Shown here piece by piece: positions 9,851-18,814 of a stretch of 64,000 nucleotides of DNA. The DNA comes from Candidatus Latescibacterota bacterium (lineage in GTDB: Bacteria > Latescibacterota > UBA2968 > UBA8231), in assembly GCA_965219385.1 (NCBI GenBank), contig CBDCNM010000001.1, positions 1,228,631-1,292,630 on the forward strand, read 5' to 3'. Below the pieces are notes generated by a model. That model made no database searches. It saw only the letters and a program-made list of their open reading frames with translations, and had not been told where the DNA came from. Within the stretch, counting starts at the first letter, position 1. The number at the start of each line of letters is the position of its first letter. Position numbers and translations under genes: made by a program.

Positions 9851-11297
9851 CTCGACTTTATCCATTTATGTAGCGTACGAGACGGTGTGTATCAAGCGGT
9901 TGAGTAGGCTTCGAGGGATTTTTATCAGGTCGTGTTGGTTGGGCAGGTTGGAAAAAGCCTGCCAGAGCCGTTGTCGGACCCAGGCCACGGCATCGGAAAA
10001 GGTGGGTTTTCGTTTGCCATACCAGGCCGTGGCATGGCAGGGGGAGGCGCTTTTGGGGGCCAGCCGATTGGCGATGAGGGCGACCAGACTAAACAAGGCC
10101 AAGATGACCGGCGTGGTCCGGGCAATGGCCCGCTCATTCCATTGGCGTTGGGTTTCCATGCCCAGATGGGCGCGGGCTTCCTCAAAGGTAGTTTCTACCG
10201 ACCAGCGTTGGAGAAAATAGGTCAGCATTTGCCGAGGGGACAGACGCACATCGGTCGAGAGCAAGGCTTGGGGCGCGAAGCGGCCGGCCGGGTCTCGGAT
10301 CAGCAGCCAGCGGAGGGGCACGGCGGGCAAGCCAGTGTGATACCACAGCGCCGTTTGGCTGTAGGTTTCCACTGTATAGGGGCCGGCGGCATACCACCGG
10401 TCCAGGGTGAGGGGGTGCCAAGGGGTAGTCGGATCGTTCAGGTGCTGCTGGAGGGTGGGCTGCCGGGCGCCTTTGCCGCGGGGGCGTCCCCGCGTGTGCG
10501 GCGTGCGGGTTGGTGGTGGGTCATACAGGGCCGCATCCAACCGCAAGCGGGTAATCAGCCCCACGTGGGGCCGAACCGCGTCGAGAAAGGCCAAGGCGGA
10601 GAAGGTGCTATCGGCGACCACGACCAGCCGGCGGGTGGGCAGCCAGCGCGCTACCAGCTTGAGCATAGTCTGCCCCCGTTGCAACAGGGTGAGGGGGGTG
10701 CGCTGGCGCTGAGTATAGTAGCGGGCCGACGGACACAGCACACTCATAAAGGGTAAGGCCCAACTTCGATCCGCCCAAGGGATAGGCGCTACCAGCATCA
10801 ACGACAGCCAGCGCAAGCCGCTAGCCTTGACCAGGTGGGGCCCACTCGAGCGGACGGGATCCCGGTAGATGCCTCGGGCCCCAATCTGGGCGCCCCGGCG
10901 CCGCTCGATGGTCTCATCCAGGCCCAGGACCAGGGGCCCGTGGGGGGCAAAGGCGGCCACCAACGCCTGGAGGAGTAGCTTACTGCCGGCCAGGGGCGAC
11001 CACACACAGCGGTTGAGGATCCGGTGGTAGGTTTGAAAGGTAGGCTGTTGGCTCAAGCCCAACACCTCCAACACGGCGCTGACCGTGCGTTTACCCGGGG
11101 CTAACAGCGCCCCGACCAACAGCGTCTGAGCCTGCGGCCAAACGCGGCTCGAAAAAAGGGGGGCAAAGGGCGACAAAATCGTTATTATATCTTTCGGCAG
11201 GGGGCTCATCGGTTTCTCCTGGGCTGTCGATGCTTGGATACCATCAACAGTACGGAGGATACCGGCCTCCTGCCATGCGCGTTTGGATAAAATCGAG
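9851..11297 (-). mobile_element. IS701-family insertion sequence
   Basis: IRs CTCGACTTTATCCA (9851-9864) and TGGATAAAATCGAG (11284-11297), 13/14 match. CTTAG direct repeat at 9846-9850 and 11298-11302. Confidence 0.85.
9866..11209 (-). CDS. IS701-like DDE transposase
   Basis: LGLDETIERRRG, YRDPVRSS, GLRWLSLML, WALPF, VVADSTF, RLRLDAALY, RWSVETTFEEARAHLG. Confidence 0.88.
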   Translation of the reverse strand: MSPLPKDIITILSPFAPLFSSRVWPQAQTLLVGALLAPGKRTVSAVLEVLGLSQQPTFQTYHRILNRCVWSPLAGSKLLLQALVAAFAPHGPLVLGLDETIERRRGAQIGARGIYRDPVRSSGPHLVKASGLRWLSLMLVAPIPWADRSWALPFMSVLCPSARYYTQRQRTPLTLLQRGQTMLKLVARWLPTRRLVVVADSTFSALAFLDAVRPHVGLITRLRLDAALYDPPPTRTPHTRGRPRGKGARQPTLQQHLNDPTTPWHPLTLDRWYAAGPYTVETYSQTALWYHTGLPAVPLRWLLIRDPAGRFAPQALLSTDVRLSPRQMLTYFLQRWSVETTFEEARAHLGMETQRQWNERAIARTTPVILALFSLVALIANRLAPKSASPCHATAWYGKRKPTFSDAVAWVRQRLWQAFSNLPNQHDLIKIPRSLLNRLIHTVSYAT

Positions 11298-11319
11298 CTT
11301 AGGAGTAACGGAGGACAAG

Positions 11320-12609
11320 ATGGACAAGCTGAACGTTTTTGATGGCTACCTGCACTGTCAGTCAGGTACGGAAAACCGCCTCACCTGGGCTCTGATGAAC
11401 CTGACCCGCATGTCTCCGATCATCCGTGCGGCATTTCTAGATCTTGTCCGAGAGCGACAGAAGCAACCGATACCTGCATTGACGACCATGAGGGAACAGA
11501 AATGCGTCGTTCAGACGCAGACCGGGACGCTGGAGGCAAAGGAAGGACGCCTTGTGGCGATTGGGATCACTGCTGAAGGAGGGGATGTCGATGCCGAAAT
11601 CCAGCCGAAGGACAGGAATGCGATCTACGATGGCGTAGTGACCTTTATCGCACCAGAGAGCCGGCAGCATCAGCAGGGGAGTTTAACCCTCACTGTCGAG
11701 AGCAAACTCGGTTCCGAGGTCGGATCATGGCAGTTGATGCCAAGCGAGGCGAGTTTAGGTGAGGAGCGACAAATTGAAGTGGATCCGCAGGCCGTGATCC
11801 TAGCATGGCGGGATATTGTCAGTACTCTCACCGACCTTGAACTGAGAGGATTGGTCAGCCCGGCAGAGGAGGTGCTCATCCGAGACTTCATCGACTATGT
11901 CGCAGCCAAACATCCAAAGCTCAATCCATTCGATCAATTCGCGGTGTGTAGAGACGAGCTGGGCCTCCTGAATCGGCGATGCGAAGCGATCATGCGGAAG
12001 ATTGACCGAACCGAGGCATGGCATCGATCGTCGCCCATCATCGCTGTGGATTTCTCCGCTTTCAAGCAGATCTGGCTGTGGGCAGAAAGGGGTGAAGGAT
12101 CATGGCAGATTATACTTGGTCTCTGGCCAGGTGACACTATGGCACAAGCACGCAAATTCTGGCCGAAGGTTAATACCAAGAGGCTCCTGGCCTTGCAGGC
12201 CAAAGATTGGCTGCTGGCGCCGAACCTGCACTTCTCGTTCGCGGCGTCACATCTTCACTGGGCGGACACGCCGCTTGCGGTGAACGAGTACATCGAGCTG
12301 TGGAAGTCCGGCGAGATGGAGATTGCCTCTCTCTACCGAGACGATGCCGGTTCCTATCGCCATAATTGGGACCGTCTGGTCGCCAAACGCCTGATTTCCC
12401 CTGAAGACGTGACGCCGCTTCAAGAAGTGACGACCGAGACAAACCGCGACCGGATATTCATGTCACCTGGCCTCAGTATTAGCTACACATGGTCGGCGAA
12501 GCAAGCCGCCCAATTCGATAGAGATGGTACCTTCGTGTGTGAGGCCAAAGAACGGATCCGCGAGGCGACCGAGACCTGGGGCGAGGTTCCCGAGTTCTGC
12601 CGGGAGTAG
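11320..12609 (+). CDS. Putative PD-(D/E)XK-superfamily nuclease with an uncharacterised C-terminal domain
   Basis: RBS GGAGG before ATG 11320 (the ORF-track start lies inside IS701). ENRLTWALMNL...AAFLDLV, YDGVV...LTVESKLG (D...ExK). Confidence 0.55.
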   Translation: MDKLNVFDGYLHCQSGTENRLTWALMNLTRMSPIIRAAFLDLVRERQKQPIPALTTMREQKCVVQTQTGTLEAKEGRLVAIGITAEGGDVDAEIQPKDRNAIYDGVVTFIAPESRQHQQGSLTLTVESKLGSEVGSWQLMPSEASLGEERQIEVDPQAVILAWRDIVSTLTDLELRGLVSPAEEVLIRDFIDYVAAKHPKLNPFDQFAVCRDELGLLNRRCEAIMRKIDRTEAWHRSSPIIAVDFSAFKQIWLWAERGEGSWQIILGLWPGDTMAQARKFWPKVNTKRLLALQAKDWLLAPNLHFSFAASHLHWADTPLAVNEYIELWKSGEMEIASLYRDDAGSYRHNWDRLVAKRLISPEDVTPLQEVTTETNRDRIFMSPGLSISYTWSAKQAAQFDRDGTFVCEAKERIREATETWGEVPEFCRE

Positions 12610-12782
12610 CGCAACGCCATTCCGAATCGGGACTACTGCGAGCCAAACCAGACCGGCAATCCGCTGAAAGAAGATCTTCAAGGAGCCCCTTGACCGTAGA
12701 AAACGAAGTCATGGAGTTGCCGGACAAGCCGGGCTTCGGGATCGAGTTGATCAACGACGTCGCTAAGACTTTAATTTTGTAG
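12610..12782 (+). pseudogene. Relic of the C-terminus of a mandelate racemase/enolase-superfamily gene
   Basis: Frameshifted pieces NAIPNRDYCEPNQTGNPLKE / KIFKEP / LTVENEVMELPDKPGFGIELIND, the typical C-terminal LPDxPGxGxEL. Confidence 0.55.
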
Positions 12783-12828
12783 GAATCAATAATCACGGGC
12801 CACGGGCCACTGTCAGGAGTGAAACATA

Positions 12829-14436
12829 ATGACGACAACGCGACAGAGACGGGCACCCTCCAGCACAGAGACTGAGCAGACCGGAAACGGCACCACCACC
12901 GGCTACGAGTCCGAGCTGTGGCAGATGGCGGATGCGCTACGAGGCAGCATGGACGCCGCCGAATACAAGCACGTCGTCCTCGGTCTGCTCTTCCTCAAGT
13001 ACATCTCCGACGCCTTTGAGGAGTGGTACGCCCAACTAAAAGCCGAGCAGGTTCTCGGCGCCAATCCCGAGGACCCGGACGAGTACCGCGCCGAAAATAT
13101 CTTCTGGGTGCCTCCCGAAGCACGCTGGGAACACCTCAAGGCGCAGGCGCGGCAGCCCACCGTCGGCCAGCGGGTGGACGAGGCCATGGCCGGCATCGAG
13201 CGCGACAACCCCGCCCTCAAGGATGTGCTGCCCAAGGACTACGCCCGTCCCGTCTTGGACAAGCAGCGCCTCGGACAGCTCATAGACCTCGTGAGCAATA
13301 TCACCGTCGGCGACGCCGAGGCCCGCTCCAAGGATGTGCTGGGCCGCGTCTATGAGTACTTCCTTTCTCAGTTCGCCAGCGCCGAAGGCAAGCGAGGCGG
13401 CGAGTTTTACACCCCGCGCAGCCTAGTCAAGCTCCTAGTCGAGATGCTGGAGCCTTACCGGGGCCGGGTCTATGACCCCTGCTGCGGCTCTTCGGGCATG
13501 TTCGTCCAGTCGGTGGAATTCATCGAAGCCCACACCTCGGGCAACGGCAACGGCGGCAGCGCCCGCTCAGGCATTTCCATCTACGGTCAGGAGTCTAACT
13601 ACACTACCTGGCGGCTGGCCAAGATGAACTTGGCGATCCGGGGCATTGAGGGTCAGATTGCCCACGGCGACAGCTTCCACAACGACCGCCACCCCGACTT
13701 AAAGGCCGACTTCATCCTCGCCAATCCGCCGTTCAATATCTCCGATTGGGGCGGCGAGCGCCTGCAAGACGACCAGCGCTGGCAGTACGGGGCACCGCCG
13801 AAGGGCAACGCCAACTTCGCCTGGGTGCAGCATATCGTCCACCATCTCGCGCCCACAGGTGCGGCGGGCTTTGTGTTGGCCAATGGCTCTATGTCGTCCA
13901 ACCAGTCGAGAGAAGGGGACATCAGAAAAAGTCTGATAGAAGCCGACTTGGTGGACTGCATGGTCGCGCTGCCCGGTCAGCTTTTCTACTCGACCCAGAT
14001 ACCGGCCTGCCTTTGGTTCCTGTCTCGCAATCGGCGCAATGGCAAACACCGCGACCGCCGGGGCGAGATTCTGTTTATCGACGCGAGGAAGCTGGGTTTG
14101 ATGGTGGACCGCACCCACCGCGATTTTGCCCCAGAGGACATCACCCGCATCGCCAGTGCGTATCACGCTTGGAGGGGCGAGGAGGGTGCGGGCGACTACG
14201 AAGACGTTCCCGGCTTTTGCAAGAGCGCGTCGCTGGAAGAGGTCCGCAAGCACGGCTACGTCCTCACGCCGGGGCGCTACGTTGGAGCCGAGGTACAGGA
14301 AGACGATGGGGAGCCTTTCGCGGAGAAGATGCAGCGGCTCACGGCTCAGTGGCGGGAGCAGCAGGCCGAGGCTGTTAGGCTGGACGCGGCTATTGCGGCT
14401 AATCTGAAGGCCCTCGGGTTTGGAGACAAGCAATGA
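12829..14436 (+). CDS. hsdM: Type I restriction-modification methyltransferase subunit
   Basis: [65 protein letters not shown]. Confidence 0.97.
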   Translation: MTTTRQRRAPSSTETEQTGNGTTTGYESELWQMADALRGSMDAAEYKHVVLGLLFLKYISDAFEEWYAQLKAEQVLGANPEDPDEYRAENIFWVPPEARWEHLKAQARQPTVGQRVDEAMAGIERDNPALKDVLPKDYARPVLDKQRLGQLIDLVSNITVGDAEARSKDVLGRVYEYFLSQFASAEGKRGGEFYTPRSLVKLLVEMLEPYRGRVYDPCCGSSGMFVQSVEFIEAHTSGNGNGGSARSGISIYGQESNYTTWRLAKMNLAIRGIEGQIAHGDSFHNDRHPDLKADFILANPPFNISDWGGERLQDDQRWQYGAPPKGNANFAWVQHIVHHLAPTGAAGFVLANGSMSSNQSREGDIRKSLIEADLVDCMVALPGQLFYSTQIPACLWFLSRNRRNGKHRDRRGEILFIDARKLGLMVDRTHRDFAPEDITRIASAYHAWRGEEGAGDYEDVPGFCKSASLEEVRKHGYVLTPGRYVGAEVQEDDGEPFAEKMQRLTAQWREQQAEAVRLDAAIAANLKALGFGDKQ

Positions 14437-16172
14437 ACTACACCGACCAAGAGATCGGGTGCCAACTTCGCTTAGGCGAGGATAGCCAATGGGAATTTAA
14501 GCAGATCGAGTTTTCCGGGAGCCGTCCAAGAAGTCCGAGCCGAGATGATTGGGCCGACGAGATCGCCGCTTTTGCCAACACGGACGGCGGCGTACTACTC
14601 TGTGGCGTCACCGACGCAGGCGAAGTTCAGAGCATGTCGCGCGAACAGATCGTCGAGTTGGACTCTGTCCTGGTCGCGGTTAGCTCTGACGCCATCAGAC
14701 CAGCCGTTCGCATCAGCACCTATCACAGAGAACTGGATGGCAAGCGGTTGCTCCTAGTCGAAGTACCCCAAAGCGAATCGCAGCATGATAGTCCAGGCGG
14801 CAGCTATGTTCGGGTAGGTGGGCCAAAACGCCGAATGACAAGCGATGAGCGGCTGAGCTTGGCGCAACGGCGGGGACAAGCGCGGTTCCTTTGGTTCGAT
14901 AAGCAGCCCGTGCCCAACACCGGATTGGGAACGCTGGACGAAGCCCTGTGGAGACCGTTGTTGAGCGCGGAAGGCAGGGCTGACCCAGAAGCGGCCTTGG
15001 AAAAAATGGGCCTTATCGGACGCGACGAACACGATACGGTGCGAGCGACCGTAGCCGGCCTCCTCTTTTGCAGCCACACACCGGAAGAATGGCTGCCCAA
15101 TGCCTGCATTACGGCCACCCACTACCGCGGAACGGATCGGGCCTCCGGCCAACTCGACACCCAGACGATCACCGGCCCCCTCAACCGACAAATTGCCGAA
15201 GCGGTCGCCTTTGCCGTGCGCAATATGCGCGTTGGGGCCTACAAAGACCCGGCCCGCATGGATTTGCCACAGTACAGCGCAGAAGCCCTGTTCGAGGCTA
15301 TCGCCAATGCCGTGGCCCACCGCGATTATTCGATGAGCGGCAGCCGGATTCGCCTGTCCATGTTCGCCGACCGAGTGGAAATTCAGTCGCCCGGTACCTT
15401 GGCCAATAGTCTGACGGTGGATGAGTTGGAATATCGGCAGGCGACGCGCAACGAGGTACTTGCCTCGGTCTTTGGCCGGATGCCGACCAGCGGTATCCAA
15501 GGGGCCGGTGGCCGACTTTTCATCATGGAGCGGCGCGGCGATGGCGTCCCCGTCATCCGGCGAGAAACCCGCGAACTCGCCGGGCGGCTACCGCGGTTTG
15601 ATCTAGTTGGGGGTGCGGACCTTCGCGTCACCCTACCGGCGGCCTCCACCGAGCCGAGCCCGGCCCGCGTGCTCATTACCGTGTGTGCCGGCGACCAGCC
15701 GCTTGCCAATGCGGATGTACTGGTGCTGTTCCCGAACAAGACTTGGAAACAGGCCACGACGGATGGGCTGGGCCAAGCCATTATCGGCCTGCATACGGTT
15801 GATCTACCGATGACCCTGTTCATCGCTACCCACGGCTTTGCCGCGCACTGCGAACGCGAGTGGATACCCGCAGAAGGTATGCTCACCATTGAACTTGAGC
15901 CGCTTCCCGGCGGCGGTGCCGTCATTCTTTCCGAAGACAGCGGCCAAATTCCGGGGCTGAAAGGATCGCTAAATCCGATTCGAGACAACCTTGACCGGAC
16001 CTATCTCTACGCCTCGAACATCGCCATTAACCAAGGCCAGCAGCAGCCGGTGCATTTTGTGCTCGGCGAAGACCTGCGGCTCACCGATGTCAATGGCGTC
16101 GAGATGACCGGGCGGATCGTGGAGATTTTAGGACGGTCAGCACTGGTGGAGTATCGGCCATTCAAGCCGTGA
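14433..16172 (+). CDS. Schlafen/AlbA_2 domain + HATPase_c_4 (RecG-C-like) protein with a beta-rich C-terminal extension
   Basis: [68 protein letters not shown] overlap with the hsdM stop. Confidence 0.85.
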   Translation: MNYTDQEIGCQLRLGEDSQWEFKQIEFSGSRPRSPSRDDWADEIAAFANTDGGVLLCGVTDAGEVQSMSREQIVELDSVLVAVSSDAIRPAVRISTYHRELDGKRLLLVEVPQSESQHDSPGGSYVRVGGPKRRMTSDERLSLAQRRGQARFLWFDKQPVPNTGLGTLDEALWRPLLSAEGRADPEAALEKMGLIGRDEHDTVRATVAGLLFCSHTPEEWLPNACITATHYRGTDRASGQLDTQTITGPLNRQIAEAVAFAVRNMRVGAYKDPARMDLPQYSAEALFEAIANAVAHRDYSMSGSRIRLSMFADRVEIQSPGTLANSLTVDELEYRQATRNEVLASVFGRMPTSGIQGAGGRLFIMERRGDGVPVIRRETRELAGRLPRFDLVGGADLRVTLPAASTEPSPARVLITVCAGDQPLANADVLVLFPNKTWKQATTDGLGQAIIGLHTVDLPMTLFIATHGFAAHCEREWIPAEGMLTIELEPLPGGGAVILSEDSGQIPGLKGSLNPIRDNLDRTYLYASNIAINQGQQQPVHFVLGEDLRLTDVNGVEMTGRIVEILGRSALVEYRPFKP

Positions 16173-16182
16173 TTGTGGGCAT

Positions 16183-16227
16183 GGGCGACTTACGCCGACG
16201 TTTCCGGCCGCTGCAAGAGCGCGTCGC
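16183..16227 (+). repeat. Degenerate copy of hsdM 3' region (14190-14233)
   Basis: GGGCGACTTACGCCGACGTTTCCGGCCGCTGCAAGAGCGCGTCGC vs GGGCGACTACGAAGACGTTCCCGGCTTTTGCAAGAGCGCGTCGC: 38/44 identical with one gap. Confidence 0.75.
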
Positions 16228-16295
16228 GTGAGTGTCGAGAAACGCCGCAGGAAAAAGCGGCACCAGTCAACCCGGCAACGCAAAAGGAGGTCAAT

Positions 16296-16553
16296 ATGTC
16301 CCTTGAGAACTATCGGCCCGGGGAAATTTCCAGTCTGGGCAAGGCCATCTATCAGAAAAAGATAAAGCATCTGGTGGAACCACAGGAAAATGGGAAATTC
16401 ATCGTCATTGACGTGGAAAGCGGCGATTACGAGATAAACGAAGAAGACGTTGTTGCCTCAAGTCGGCTGCGAGAGCGCCGGCCCAACGCCGTTACCTATG
16501 GGGTAATCATCGGCTATCGCGCCGCTTACAGCCTCGGCGGCAAAATTCATTGA
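16296..16553 (+). CDS. Small hypothetical protein (DUF5678-like)
   Basis: AAGGAGG RBS before ATG 16296. GKAIY...GKFIVIDVESGDYEI...RP pattern. Confidence 0.6.
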   Translation: MSLENYRPGEISSLGKAIYQKKIKHLVEPQENGKFIVIDVESGDYEINEEDVVASSRLRERRPNAVTYGVIIGYRAAYSLGGKIH

Positions 16554-16578
16554 CGACGCCATTGGGCTTTACCAGACC

Positions 16579-18120
16579 ATGAGCGACGGGGACATGGGAA
16601 TAGAACCTGCTATTGACATTGCCGCCGAGCAACGCAAGACGGTTCTTTCGCTACTGGAAAAGCACCTGCCAAACACGACTGCTTGGGTGTACGGCTCTCG
16701 CGCCAAATGGACCGCACGCTCCCAATCCGACCTTGACATGGTGGTATTCGCAACACCGGAGCAAAGCAGTCAGGTTTTCAATCTCAGGGAAGCCTTTGAG
16801 GAAAGCAATCTGCCGTTTCGGGTGGACTTGTTCGTGTGGGACGATGTACCTAAGCGGTTCCGAAAGCGTATTGAAGCGGAGCATGTGGTGTTGGTGGAGA
16901 GGGGGGAGCGGGGTGCGGGGGATGGGTGGCGAACAACGACACTAGGAGAGGTGGTAACTTTGCAGCGGGGATTCGATTTACCGAGGACCGAGCGCAAGCT
17001 TGGCAGCTATCCGGTAATCGCATCCACAGGACCAGTCGGGACACACGATAGAGCAGTAATTCAAGGTCCTGGGGTCGTAATCGGTCGTTCAGGTAGCCTC
17101 GGGGGCGGTCAGTTTATCAAGCATGACTTCTGGCCGCTGAACACCACGCTCTGGGTGAAAGACTTCAATAACAATGATCCCAGATTTTGCTATTTCTTTC
17201 TCAAGTCTCTTGATCTTGCACAGTTCAATGCGGGAAGTGGCGTACCGACACTGAATCGTAACCATATTCATCCCCTTCCGGTCCGTGTCCCCCCCCTCCC
17301 CGAACAACGCGCCATCGCTCATATCCTCGGCACCCTCGACGACAAGATTGAACTCAATCGGCGCATGAATGAGACGCTGGAGGAGATGGCGCGGGCGCTG
17401 TTCAAGTCGTGGTTCGTGGATTTCGATCCGGTTCGCGCCAAGATGGAAGGGCGGGATACCGGGTTGCCGCCGAATGTTGACGCTCTTTTTCCTGACCGGC
17501 TGGTGGACTCGGAAGTGGGGGAGATACCGGAGGGATGGGAGCCGAGAACTTTGGGCGAATGCTTTGATCTTACGATGGGGCAATCCCCGCCCGGGAGTAG
17601 CTACAACGATCACGGTGAAGGGTTGCCGTTTTTCCAAGGACGAACTGATTTTGGCTTCCGGTATCCTGAGAATCGAAAGTTCTGCACTTCTCCAACTAGG
17701 AAAGCTCGTCCCGGAGATACATTAGTTAGTGTCAGAGCACCCGTCGGCGACATAAATATGGCTTGGACGCAATGCTGTATTGGACGTGGTGTTGCCGCAC
17801 TCAGGCACAAATCAAATTCAAGTTCGTACACCTATTATTCAGTATTGGAACTGAAGAAGGTTATAAGCGAATATGAACACTCTGGTACGGTGTTCGGGGC
17901 GATTAACAGGAAGCAGTTTGAAGCGCTTTCAACAATAGAGCCTCGATCAGAACTTATCGAAGGGTTTCATACCTCCGTTAGCTCCCTAGACTTCAGTATC
18001 GAGAAAAATACATTAGAAATCCAAACCCTCGCTGACCTCCGTGATACACTCCTCCCAAGGCTCATTTCCGGTGAGGTGCGCGTGGAGAACGCGGAGACCC
18101 TCTTGCGAAGAATGCCGTGA
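16579..18120 (+). CDS. hsdS: Type I RM specificity subunit fused to an N-terminal minimal nucleotidyltransferase (MNT)
   Basis: First ~105 aa: YGSRAKWTARSQSDLD (GS-X10-DxD), LREAFEESNLPFRVDL. Then W..TTLGEV TRD1, PPLPEQRAIAHILGTLDDKIELN, EIPEGW, TRD2, LRDTLLPRLISGE. Confidence 0.92.
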   Translation: MSDGDMGIEPAIDIAAEQRKTVLSLLEKHLPNTTAWVYGSRAKWTARSQSDLDMVVFATPEQSSQVFNLREAFEESNLPFRVDLFVWDDVPKRFRKRIEAEHVVLVERGERGAGDGWRTTTLGEVVTLQRGFDLPRTERKLGSYPVIASTGPVGTHDRAVIQGPGVVIGRSGSLGGGQFIKHDFWPLNTTLWVKDFNNNDPRFCYFFLKSLDLAQFNAGSGVPTLNRNHIHPLPVRVPPLPEQRAIAHILGTLDDKIELNRRMNETLEEMARALFKSWFVDFDPVRAKMEGRDTGLPPNVDALFPDRLVDSEVGEIPEGWEPRTLGECFDLTMGQSPPGSSYNDHGEGLPFFQGRTDFGFRYPENRKFCTSPTRKARPGDTLVSVRAPVGDINMAWTQCCIGRGVAALRHKSNSSSYTYYSVLELKKVISEYEHSGTVFGAINRKQFEALSTIEPRSELIEGFHTSVSSLDFSIEKNTLEIQTLADLRDTLLPRLISGEVRVENAETLLRRMP

Positions 18121-18809
18121 TGGCCACTCCCGCTCCTGAACCCTTCGTGATGCATGGTGCCCGCGCTGCCATGACAGCGGGCCTTACGCATATCGGAGAG
18201 CAAATAGAGGGAATAGAACAGGCAGTCGTCGACAACCCCGCCCTCGCGTTCGACCTTGCGAAGGTGCTGATTGAGACTATCTGCAAAGTGGTGCTGGACG
18301 GGCTACCTGTCAGTTACAAGGAAGACGATGATCTGCCGAAGCTCTTCAACTCCGTGAAGCAACACCTGTCCTTCCTGCCAGCGACAGCGAGTACAGCAAG
18401 CAAAGTAAGAAAAAGTATAGAGAAGACACTGAACGGACTAAGCACTGCTATTCAAGGGGTCTGCGAACTCCGCAACCAGTGCGGCTTTGCCTCCCACGGC
18501 TCTGGTTGCCCCCGCCCCGCCATGGAGGGTGTCCAGGCTCTACTCGCTGCCAAAACTGCGGATGCGATCGTCGGCTTTCTTCATGGTGTGCATCGACAGA
18601 ATCAGACCCCGTCGCCCGCAAAGGCTCCGTCCTTCGACGAAAATACCGCCTTTAACGAAAGTTTGGATGAGGCCTTCGGGCCTTTTCAAATCCGTGAGGT
18701 CGTGTTTCACGCGAGCGAGGTATTGTTCTCACTGGACCCAGAAGCCTACCGCATCTACTTGGCAGAGTTTGATGGCGATTCCGAAACCAAAACCTCTACC
18801 GACGAATAG
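18117..18809 (+). CDS. Abortive-infection Abi_C family (HEPN-like) protein
   Basis: [38 protein letters not shown] (R...H HEPN-like motif). Overlaps the hsdS stop. Confidence 0.78.
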   Translation: MMATPAPEPFVMHGARAAMTAGLTHIGEQIEGIEQAVVDNPALAFDLAKVLIETICKVVLDGLPVSYKEDDDLPKLFNSVKQHLSFLPATASTASKVRKSIEKTLNGLSTAIQGVCELRNQCGFASHGSGCPRPAMEGVQALLAAKTADAIVGFLHGVHRQNQTPSPAKAPSFDENTAFNESLDEAFGPFQIREVVFHASEVLFSLDPEAYRIYLAEFDGDSETKTSTDE

Positions 18810-18814
18810 GTGCC

